64,000 nt of DNA, taken from contig CM120641.1 of the NCBI GenBank assembly GCA_051362555.1, positions 28,216,401 to 28,280,400 of the forward strand. The letters are read 5' to 3'. The notes beneath the pieces are model-generated. The model was not told where the DNA came from. It ran no database searches and was given only the letters and a program-made list of their open reading frames with translations. Every line of letters starts with the position of its first letter. Position 1 is the stretch's first letter. The position numbers were made by a program, and so were the translations under genes. Source of the stretch: Lingula anatina (taxonomy: Eukaryota; Animalia; Brachiopoda). This document shows, piece by piece, positions 46,601 to 58,742 of this stretch.

Positions 46601-49600
46601 AACCCCAGTCAGCCATAAGCATAGCATAGGCTATTAGGGCTTCCTCGTCGTCTGGGTTCATTAACGGTTTTTTCTTAGGTGTAAACTTCAGTCTTCCTTT
46701 TGTGATAGACGCATATAAGAGAGAGACAGAGAAATGAAGTGAAACAGGATATACCTTAAGAGCAGGACAGGAAAGAGAATTTGCCCAAGGCAAGAATTAA
46801 ACAACAAATACTCATAAAATTAAAATAAAAACGTTTTTATTTACAAACCAATTTACGTTTTAGTTTTTCTTTGTTTTTATTGTTATTAATACGAACATAA
46901 AATGCAACTCATACCGTCATTACCAGCGTATATGCTCACGTATATTGTTCACCGGTTCATTACTTTTATAGTCACTACTTGTATATTCTAAGATTCGGTA
47001 CCTGACACATGGTCACCAATCGTTGTTACTGGCACACCAAAAGCGCGTGACGCTTCAGTCAACGTGTACGTGCCTGCTTGCACAGACAAAACAGCTGCAT
47101 CTAATTGTTCTAAGTTATATTTCCGTGGCATTCTGAAAACTGATTTGACATTTTTGGTTTAATTAATGTTGTTTTAAAATGTAAACACACATAATTTGGG
47201 CTTTTATTTTAGATAAACAAACAGAACTAGGCCATCCTTTGCTAAAGTTGGATATTCTAAAGGATTTCTTTTTAAATTAAACTTCAATATCAGTTACGTA
47301 CGTAACCCGTCTTGTAACAGTACTATTGTAAGGGTCTCTAGCGGCAATTCACCAAACTACTACATGTGTACGTATGTTGTGACACACATTATTGACTCAA
47401 ACAAGAAAACAATCCTAGCTAACTACAATTGATCGGGACGATTTTATTTACACTCACAAGAGAGATGAATTGGAGACAAAAACAAAGGACATCATTTGGA
47501 TACTTAAGATGCCTTTATTCAAGGTTTGTGTTTATCACTAAGTTTGATGCAATGTGTTTACAAGCCGTGTACATTTTACCTGTAATACTACGTCGGGTAA
47601 TACGGAGGTGATAAACATCCAGGGTAACCCTATAGAGAATTACGGCTGGGATAATATGTGGAAAACATCAATCAGCCAGTAACGTTTCTTACAAAGGACA
47701 CGCACCTGTTAGAATTTTAAAAATCTAGAATATATAAAGCAGATGAATGTGGTATTTTTCTACTTCATTTGAACTTACAAAGTTTCACCGGCGACAACAA
47801 ATAATGATAAATTAAATTTACTCATACGAAGGATGCGCAAATAATAGGACGTCGACAAGAGCATAAAAGCACGGAAATTTATGTAAGTAAACATTATTTC
47901 TGTTCAACTAACTTCTTCTACAACATGTGTAAGGTCGTTATCAACGCTTTTTGTATTATAAACAAAAGTTTAAATGTTGCGTTCGATACTTTGTATCAGA
48001 CGCTACAACTTACTTGACTACGCAGTATGTTTACGCAGAGCATGCCGGGAAAAATAGCGAAAAAAAGCACGTACTTCCGGTTTGCGTCGATTTCTTGAAG
48101 GCGTCGATTTCTTGAAGGGCGAGTCTAAGATTTCGAGATGGAAAGAAGGTTAGTAATGGGAAAATTGCATTAAAGTTCATTTTGAGCACAAAAGAAACCA
48201 ACATGTATTGACTGGTTTTCTTTTAATTTCAGTGGAAACAGAGGTGGTGCGTTTTGAAGAAGCTTTCTCCGGTCGCAGGTTGGTGATTTTTCTATGATAC
48301 TACTATTCTCACCCAGAAAGTCTGTCAAATATGTAAGTCGCGAAATTTATGAGCTCCAAATCGAAATGTTTTCAGACATAAATTTGTTTTGTTGAAATGG
48401 ACGAACGATAACGAAGAAATCACCTCTTATATGAAATTATGACAATGCACGCAGTTATTACCCTTGTCTCTCTTGACTCACCCCTCCCACGCGTTGAACG
48501 CGGAGAACCAATAGTCGATAAAGTTTTAGAGTAAATTTAGAAATATAGTTATATATTTGAAAGTTCATACATTTGAGCTATAAAACCAAACTTGACTACG
48601 ACTTATAACCGCTTGTTATAAAACTAGACAAATTTAATTATATTTGTGAAATAATATTTTGTTTCATTATTACATAGCACATGGAAAACACTGAAATGAT
48701 TATGGCATTCTGAATAACAAGTTTCATTCTTTAGTCTCATCATTTATCAGTTTGCTTTTTAACCATGAAAAATATTAATGATTCATTTGTTGCTATTTTA
48801 ATATGCCTGCATTACAGAGATTCTCTCCTTTATGCTAATATAATGCTCAGTTCTGAATGATATCAAAATGAATTTGAATAATGGTTCTTCCACAATTAGT
48901 GTACCATTTGTTGAGGGATTATATACTTTAAGTATATTCATAATGCATTAACAGTATCATAAATGCTTTCTGTATGTGTAATTTTAATTAGTGGACATGC
49001 ATTGTTGAAACATCCTGATGTAGAACTGTGGTTAAGTTGTCTCTATACAGACGATGTTACACATTCATGTGATAAAGTCAGGTCAGTGGTAGTACAGAAA
49101 AAGGAAGACTCGGTCAAAGAAAAAAGTAAAGAATGACCACTGAAAGAGAGCTATGTAAATTTGGTATTTAATGCGGAATGTCAGCTTATCATTTTTGTAC
49201 ACTGTTTTGTTTGTACACAAACATATATGCTGCCATATGCAACTCAGAGTTATCAGAAAAGCTTTTATGCACAATCTGTCAAATGGCACACTATTAGGGG
49301 TTATTATGGTTCATTTTCTGGTACAACATATTTACACATATTTAGAGTCTCTATGCACTGGATTGAACTTTGCCCTGTATTTGCCTATCCTAAACACCCT
49401 ATTTTCACAGCTTAATTGAACACCATAGCACACAATATGTGTTCATAAGTTATGTGGTTAATCAAGCGAATGGGCAGTCAATAGCTTAGCACAATATTTG
49501 AGGGACACTTTGCAGAACATTTAACATAGTTGACTGTGCCGTCAGTATTTGGCATATCTTGCAGATTTAAAAAGTCTGTAGTATCTGTCGACTGATGGTA

Positions 49601-52600
49601 GAAGAAATTAACAATTTTTAGCACTGAGCTAAATGGTGTTTAAATTGGTTCATGTTTAAATCAAATATTTTATAATTGTTTTTTTTTTGTACTGTTGAAA
49701 TATGTCAACAGAACACTGTGCATTTGCAGGATTTTTTCTTTTTTTTAGATTGATGTGATTTTATGGGCTTTCTTAATTATCATGGCTGTGCCATCAAAGC
49801 CAAAGCAGTAATTGTACAGCACTAGTGTTATTTTTCTTAAATTTGGTTTCATGTGACTGGACCCATCTGCATTATGCCAATATTTTTCTTTATTTTGTGA
49901 TGTAATATCTATGATAAGCTTGTATGCAGGCTAATAGTTCAGGGTCTGGTAACCATTCAGAAAATTGAACTTAAGTAATATGTTTGATGGGAATTGACCA
50001 ATGTAAGCCTTGTGTATAAAGTTTGATTAGCAGGGCTTGATTCATAAGCCTCTGAAATAGTGTGCTGTTAGAGATGCATAAGCTCTAAAGCTAATATTGG
50101 GCATTGTATTTTATGTTAATTTTCATTCAACTTATTTTAGTGACATTACTTATATTTTTATTGCTTGATAACTATTCAAACTCCATATTTAAGGTCTTTA
50201 TTATGACCCTTATCCCATTCACAGTCTTTGCCACAAGAAGTAAGATTTTAAGCGAAGTATCAACTATGATATTCAATCACCTTAGAACTTTTGGACTTTG
50301 ATATCATCTAATGCATGTTTTATGCTGTAGGTAGACTGCCTTTTGGAAATTGAAGCTGTATAGAAAAAGTAAAAATAGCAGAGTCACCTCCCCCAACATA
50401 AAATGATTAAATCAAAAAATCATAGTATAGCATGATAAAGTCACAGTGCATTGCTGGATATTTTAGGCCAGTCTACATGTATTCTTGGTCATAGGCCATA
50501 CTGGAGACAAATTGTGAATAATTCCCAGCTGAAGTGCTAATTAAAACTTGAGGGAATGTTGGACATTAGTCTGTGGTCAATAGAGCTGAATAACAGGAAA
50601 GAGTCCTGCCCAGTGGTCACTTTTCAATATTAACACAACAACTGTGCACAGAGTGTTGCACAGCAGAATAAAATGCAACCTTGTAGTGATATCAAACTGA
50701 TGCTGATGTGTGTAATGAATCAGTGTGAATATTTAACTGATTTAATTGTTGATGTCATAGTACACTGCTGAATTTGCCAAAGGTAGTTTATATTTGATTT
50801 ACAAAATTTATATTGATAGACTTGATTCTTTGAAGAAAGTAACCATTGTAAATATTTTCATTCAAAATCAGTCAGTTCTTGATCATCCTTTCATATTACA
50901 TACACAGACACATGTAAGGACTACATTAGAATTGTTCGAAATGGATTCAATCAAGGCCATTTGGACTGTGTGATGTCATGCAAGACTAGTAAAGGTACAC
51001 AAATCCATGCCAGGTGGGGTTAACTTTTTTAGTGATCAGGGTGAAGCTCTTATGGCGGGGATTTCTTCCCAGAAAGCAATACATAAATGACGTGATGACC
51101 CAAAATGTTTTGAATTTTGTGTGAACTTTTTTACAGAAGACTACAATTCAAAAGAATTCAAGACAAAACAACCAGACAAAATACGCATGGATAAAATCTG
51201 TCGACTTTTAACCCAAGAGTGCTGGCTATCTTAGATGATTCCCATTAGTGATGATGTGTACCTTGAGTGGACAAGCTCATCAAGGCTTGTTAAGACCACT
51301 GTAGTAGGACCAACCTCATGCAGTGCAATCTATCCCACATCACACTTAGGAAGTGTCTTAAAGATGATCTGATAAATAGGTGGGAGGTGGTTATGCAACA
51401 TATCCTTCTCCAGTGTCCCTATTGCTACTGGGTATTATAGTCACCTGAGATTTCAATATAAGTTGAGGTGCCTGGGGCTCAGGGTCAGTTGAATCTCTTA
51501 CGTCCTCTAACAAAAATTTGCTTGTGGACTTGGGAAGTACAAGTTAAAGGGATAAAAACTTCTCATACGAGATTCAAAATTCCACTATCATTACATTGAA
51601 AACAAATTCCATTTTTCTTCCAAAACAGCAGTTATCATAGTTATTCTGAAATCTGTACTTGCCATTGGACCACCTGGAAGTTAACAGATAGCTGCCTTCC
51701 ATAATAATCTCATAGGAAATTATAACAAAGAAGATATATATATATATGATCAACTAACTTTGAATGTTGGAACTCATTCATTTATAACCATTGGAAAGTA
51801 TGGAAAATGGTCCAAGGAAAATCCATTTTATGGCAGTTTCTGGCTAGGAGTTATTACTTTAGTAAGGATTATATTAATACAGTTTTAAAAATGTTGTAGT
51901 ACTTAATTTTATTTTGTAACAATTGGCTTTTAAGATAAATTGCTAGATCAGAAGGTGCTGATTTTTTCATCATCTAAAATGTGCTGAAAAAAAGGAAGAA
52001 AATTGATCAAACTCCTATAAATATAGATATAAAATTTTTCAAGAAGGTTGTAGTGAATTTGTCTTGATATTGACCTAAAAAGAAGGAAAGTGAGAATAAG
52101 AGAGATATCTTAATGGATTCTCTGATTATGTTGAAAATTTCACTTAATAAACATAACCAGCTCTTTTTAATTAGTTCAGGTGCCTTTAATAATACAGTTT
52201 ATCAATGGAAGCTTTTTGTGTTCACCATCTCATTAGGAGTGGAGCACAGATGGTTTAGATTTGTAGCAGTCTTTCTTTGTGGGGTCCCATCTTTGAAGCA
52301 GGTGAATAACCATAAATGGTAAAATGAAAAACAATCCCATGTCTGTATAGTGTTTTCATACTTAATTCCCAAGTGATTTTAGCCTTGTCAGCACATAATA
52401 AAGTAAAATAAAAAAGAAATATGAAGTCAGTATTATATAATATGTTAATTTTCCACAAATATAATGTACACTGCATGGAGAAGTTTGTAGAAATCTACTT
52501 ACATAATTTTGGACCGAAAACTATTGATGACTTTAGTAATAGGCAGTTGATAGGTAGATTTATGTCCAGAAAATGTGTGTATTGGTAATTTTCTGCATGT

Positions 52601-55600
52601 TCCTTGAATAATCTTAGAGGAAGTAGCAACTCATTTTATGGGTAGACACACCCTGATTTATCATTCATTGATCAATTAAATGTATAAAAGGCACAGCTGG
52701 CTATAAACACCAGAGACAGGGAATAATGATATTTATGTGGATCAGGAAGTATATTATAAAATGTACATTATTAGAGATGCTTATGATGTTACATGAACTG
52801 AAGTACGTGAAGTACATGTTTTTTTCACGTATAACCTGAATTGCAAATTATGATTACATAGAATGGATAAGTTACCTTTCATTTTTTGTTTATTTATTCT
52901 GTCTGGACATTATATGTTCATTAGTGTGTTACTGCTGTGGATTGAAGCCCAATCTTCAAACTATAGATAGTAATTCAAATGACTAATCTTGAAATAGATG
53001 TACAAAGTATAAAACGTAATCAAAGAGACACAAATTGAACAGATTTCTCCAGTTTGAACAATTCCCTTTGCCGTTCTCTTTTCTTAAAAGAACCACTTCA
53101 TTCTATGATGTCTGTCAGTTAAGGCTTGATTTCCTGCCAGGGGCTGTTCGGTTTGTTTAAGGGGTAAACACTGATGCCACACATGTTGAGCCCACCTACC
53201 AGTCCTGATACAGAAAGGTACTGTAAGCAGTTCAATCTAAATTGCAACATGGAAAGGGTTACTGTTTAGGAGTAAGCTGGCTGTGTACTAGGGCTACTTC
53301 CAGCTTGGTTTCAGCAGGTTGTACAGAACAGTAGTGTTCAGAATAGACTATTAGAGAGAGAAAAGGGTGTTTCACAGAGAGCAGTCTGGCTGAGGTGTGC
53401 AGTGGGTTTCATTATAAATTTTGAGGAGATAAGGTTATTTTTTTGAAAGTTTTTTTGGCTTTGGGAAGTTAAAACATAATTGAAGTAGAAATTGTAAATT
53501 GGTAGAGAGTGCAAGCATAAGGACTCAATTGAGAACAATAGTTAATCGAAAAAAATCTAATTGAACAAATAATGGTCAGTTGGCAGTCTCGAAAGAAAAG
53601 CATCTGGAACCTTTTTTTTTCATTGTTAACAAATGGATGAATAAACTCTTACAAATACAACAATTCAGAAGATACACTGAAGACATATTGTGAAATTGTA
53701 TTAAGTAATTGATAAAATTGTTATGATAATATTTTGTTTTTACCTTTTTAGATCGTTTACACATTTCCCTGTACAAAGACAGCAACGACAGATACAAAAG
53801 TGGTCAGGAAAAAGCCACCCACTCTCTAGAGGACTTTTTAGGAACAGAGACAGGACTCTGCATAGAGCGTGAGCAACATACCATGTCTGTGATATGCCAA
53901 AGCCAAGTATTGACTTTTGCCTTTAATAATGAAGAAACTGTGATTCAGTGGGAGAACAAAATAAAAACACACCTTGGACAAGGTAGGTAATTCCTGAAGT
54001 GAAGAGTAACCTTTTGATTAATAATAAATTCTTTATTCTTCCTTTATTCACGGTTTTCATTCCCATCTTCAGAGTTGTGAGGCTTATTTTTAAATTAAAA
54101 AAATTTTCTTCCCCTTAGAAGAAGATAAAAAAAAAAACCTTTATAATGAAAAACAGTATGGTCTTTGATTAGTGCAGATGATTCAAGTGCATAAAGTAAG
54201 TGGTTATGTAGTGTTTGTCACTTTGTTTTGCTACTGATTTTCATACATTATTTTTGAAATGAAATAAATTGGCACGATGAAAAACTGAACAATATTCACA
54301 TTACATCATGCCAGTAACTTATAAAACACAGGTCTACAGATTAAGCTTGAGATCAGTGTGAAATTCATAGATTTAGGGTTGTCTCTCACTTGACCACCTG
54401 TGTACTTCAGTGTTAATGAAGAGACCTGGGGCAAAGAGGAATGCATCCTCAGATTCACCAAAGTAAGACCACATTCCCTTACCTAGATCAATCTAGCAGG
54501 CTCAACCCATCTCTGAGGGGATTCTTGCTAAATTGCATCCTGCTAGATTGATCTAGGTATGGGAACAGGGTGTAAGACATTTCTCCCACGTGAGTGCTTG
54601 TGAACACCCCTCCTCCCCAGGCACATTGTGCAGTATGAGGGAGGTGTGAGCCTCCTGACTCCTCAGTGAATAGAAGTACAAATCACTTCCTCACCTGAAT
54701 TATATAGCCCAGAATGTTATTACACAATATTGAATGCTCTGACTACATGTGTGTCTATCACACTGGATAGGACAAGGCAAGTTGCATTAAATTGCAACAT
54801 ATTTCATTGCTGCCTAGGACTTTGTGGAAGTTTATGGATAAAGATGATTGCAGGTTTATCTCATACCACATATTTCAGGCTTAACAATCTTACAGAATGG
54901 AATATGAATTGATTGGGCTCTGCAACAAATAACTGACACTTGGAATGTGGTCAGCTTATTATGACATTTTTGTTTTGTATGACTTTCCTCATAGCCCAAA
55001 CCAGGCTCAAGGTCTAATGGGTGTCACATATAAAAGTGTTGTTCCTACTTTTCCTCTGGATTAATATTCCTAATTCAGGTTAATGGTTGAATATTTGGAG
55101 ATTGTTTTGAAATTGAGGAGATTTTTGGAAAAGGGATTCAACTGCATTATTTCCTTTTTTATGTACAGACACAGATGTGTCTGTACATATAGCCATCATC
55201 TGCGTCTGTTGTCGCCGTCGCCGTCGTCGCCGTCGCCGTGCACTTTTACCGATAACACGATAAGTGGAAAACCATTTTACCTTTTGACTTGAAACTTGCA
55301 GAACTGATGAATATTCATAATACGCAGGTCAAGTTCGAAAATCAGCATGATCGGGTCACTTTTAGGGAATTTATGCTGTTTTTTCACTTTTTTCAGCATA
55401 TATGCAGCACTGATAACACGATAAGTGGAAAACCATTTTACCTTTTGACTTGAAACTTACAGAACTGATGAATATTCATAATACGCAGGTCAAGTTCGAA
55501 AATCAGCATGATCGGGTCACTTTTAGGGAATTTATGCTGTCTTTTCACTTTTTTCAGCATGTATGCAGCACCGATAACACGATAAGTGGAAAACAATTTT

Positions 55601-58600
55601 ACCTTTTGACTTGAAACTTACAGAACTGATGAATATTCATAATACGCAGGTCAAGTTCGAAAATCAGCATGATCGGGTCACTTTTAGGGAATTTATGCTG
55701 TTTTTTCACTTTTTTCAGCATATATGCAGCACCGATAACACGATAAGTGGAAAACCATTTTACCTTTTGACTTGAAACTTACAGAACTGATGAATATTCA
55801 TAATACGCAGGTCAAGTTCGAAAATCAGCATGATCGGGTCACTTTTAGGTAATTTATGCTGTTTTTTCACTATTTTCAATATAAATGCAACACTGATAAC
55901 ACAATATAAGACAAGGCAGCAAAGCTGTCAAATGTACAGACAAAAAGCAGGAAATAACAAAATAGGCTACTGTCAATTCTGATGCAAAAGTACATTATGT
56001 TAAACTGCAAATTCAACATCAAATTTTAATTATGCTCAACAGGTAATACCAATGTAAGTAAAATGTGAAACAAGCATAAAGCTTCAGGCCCATGGGAGTT
56101 CAAGTTCACACTTTGAAAATGTAAAACTTCCAGAAAAAGAAGTCAATTAGACTGCTTTTCCAACTCAGGCTGCATTTCAGTCCTGTATTTCTTTTTTGAA
56201 AGTTTGGCAATCATAAGTAACATGGTTTTCCCATTATGGTCATCATGGCAGCAGCACCCAAAATTGTGTTTTCTTCTATTCTGATGCAATATTACATAAT
56301 GGTTAACAGCATAATGACAATCAATTTTTAATAACAAAATATATGTATCATGGATTTTCAGAAAATGTGACTAGCCTGGGTCTTCAAGCCTGTGGAACTT
56401 CAAAGTCACACCTTGAAAATGCCAATATGTGAAAAATTAAATTTTCACAAAAAAAAACTGTTTATCTGGCAGATTGCATTGCCTACTGAAGCTGTATTTT
56501 AGTCCCATGTTTCTTTCCTGTAAGTTTGAGAACAGTAAGTGACATGGTTTTTCTTAAAAGGTAATCATGGGAGCAGTGCCCAAAATAGGTTTTTTTCAAA
56601 TTTTGATGCAATGTTACATAATGTTTAACAGCATAATGACCATCAATTTTTACTAATAAAATATTAGTATCATGGATATTCAGAAAATGTGACTAGCAAA
56701 GGTCTTCAGGCCCATGGAACTTCAAAGTCACAACTTGAAAATGCCAAAATGTAAACAAGACAGCACTGTTCTGAAATGTTTTTTTCCCCATTTTTAACAA
56801 TTTTTAACATAAAACAAAATTAACAGTTTACTGCCATTTTTATATGATCAACTAAGAAAATTGATGACATGAGAAAAGTATCAATAGAGCAGTGTTAAAT
56901 GTCCAATTTCTTCCATTCTGAGATTCTGAACATAGTGAATGATTGAATCTGACAAATTGCAATGATATGAGTTTATTTCCATTTTTGAAACTCTATTATA
57001 CAATACATGATAACAAGTTTACCATCATTTTTACATAATCAACTAACAATGTTGTAAAGATGCAGGAAATGTCAAACAAACACTTTCACATATCTTATTA
57101 GTTTAATAATGAGACTGTTAACATGCCTAAAAATTGAATCTGAAGAAATGTGAAAAAACAGCATACCTTCTAAAATAATGGCACGATTATGCTGATTTAC
57201 AAACTCAGCCTGCATTTTAGTAAAATTGACCACTCCTGTGACTTTCATGACAATTGGCCCATCTGTTTTTCTTATATTGTGTTTACAGTGTTGCATATAG
57301 GCTGAAAAGTGTAAAAAACAGCATAACTAGTAAAATAGTGGCCCGATCATGCCGATTTTCGAACTTGACCTGCGTTTTAGTAAGATTGATTACTCCTGTG
57401 AGTTTCATGACAACAGGTCTATCGGTTTTCCTTGAAATGTGTTAACAGTGTTGCATATATGCTGAAAAGTGAAAAAACAGCATAACTACTAATATAGTGG
57501 CCCGATCATGCCAATTTTCGAACCTGATCTGCGTTTTAGTAAGACTGATTACTCCTGTGAGTTTCATGACAACAGGCCAATCGGTTTTTTTTTAAATGTG
57601 TTAACAGTGTTGCATATATGCTAAAAAGTGAAAAAAACAGCATAAATTCTACAATAATGGCCCGATCATGCTGATTTTCGAACTTGACCTGTGTTTTATG
57701 AATATTAGTCAGCTCTGTAAATATAAAGCCAAAAAGTAAAACTGTCTTCCACTTATGGTGTTAACGCTGAAAGTGCACGGCGACGGCGACGGCGACAGCG
57801 ACGGCGACATGATCGGCGACGGCGACGGCGACGACAGACGCAGGTGATGGCAATATGTACAGACACATCTGTGTCTGTACATAAAAAACGGATTGGCCAA
57901 TTGTAATTATACTCACAGGAGTGGTCAATCTTACTAAAACGCAGGTTGAGTTCGAAAATAAGCATAATCGGGCCATTACTTAGGAAGTTATACTGTTTTT
58001 TCACATTTCCTCAGATTCAATTATTAGGCATGTTAACAGTCTCATTATTTAACTAATAAGATGCCTAAAAGTGTTTGTTTGATATTTCCTGCATCTTTAC
58101 AACATTGTTAGTTGATTATGTAAAAAACATGGTAAACTTGTTATCATGTATTGTGTAATAAAGTGTCAAAAATGGAAATAAACTCATATCATTGCAGTTT
58201 GTCATATTCAATCATCCACTATGTTCAGAATCTCAGAATGGAGGAAATTGGACATTTAACACTGTTCTATTGATACTTTTCCCATCTCATCAATTTTCTT
58301 AGTTGGACATATAAAAATGGCAGTAAAATGTTTATTTTGTTTTATGTTAAAAAAGTGTTAAAAATGGAAATAAACCCATTTCAGAACAGTGCTGTCTTGT
58401 TTACATTTTGGCATTATCAAGGCGTGACTTTGAAGTTCCATGGGCCTGAAGACCTTTGCTAGTCACATTTTCTGAATATCTGTGATACAAATATTTTATA
58501 ATTAAAAATTGATGGTCATTAAGCTGTTAAACATTATGTAATATTGCATCAAAATTTGAAGAAACCCCCATTTTGGGCACTGCTTCCATGATGACCATTT

Positions 58601-58685
58601 AAGGAAAATCATGTCACTTACTGTTCTCAAACTTACAGGATAGAAACATGGGACTAAAATACAGCTTCAGTAGGCAATGCAGTCT

Positions 58686-58742
<57 letters not shown>

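Noticed and set aside
43692-48129. Transposon behaving as a cleanly spliced intron in Dok-7
   Set aside because: GT at 43692 with AG at 48117, 48123 or 48129 frameshifts; the in-frame pair I found (43687/48137) has a weak donor, no good pyrimidine tract and deletes conserved residues.
55251-55908. CRISPR-like array
   Set aside because: Head-to-tail 161-bp units with no unique spacers, no cas genes, eukaryotic intron context.
57709-58004. Ser/Pro-, Arg- and Val/Ala-repeat ORFs
   Set aside because: Translations of the (GTCGCC)n microsatellite of the Helentron.
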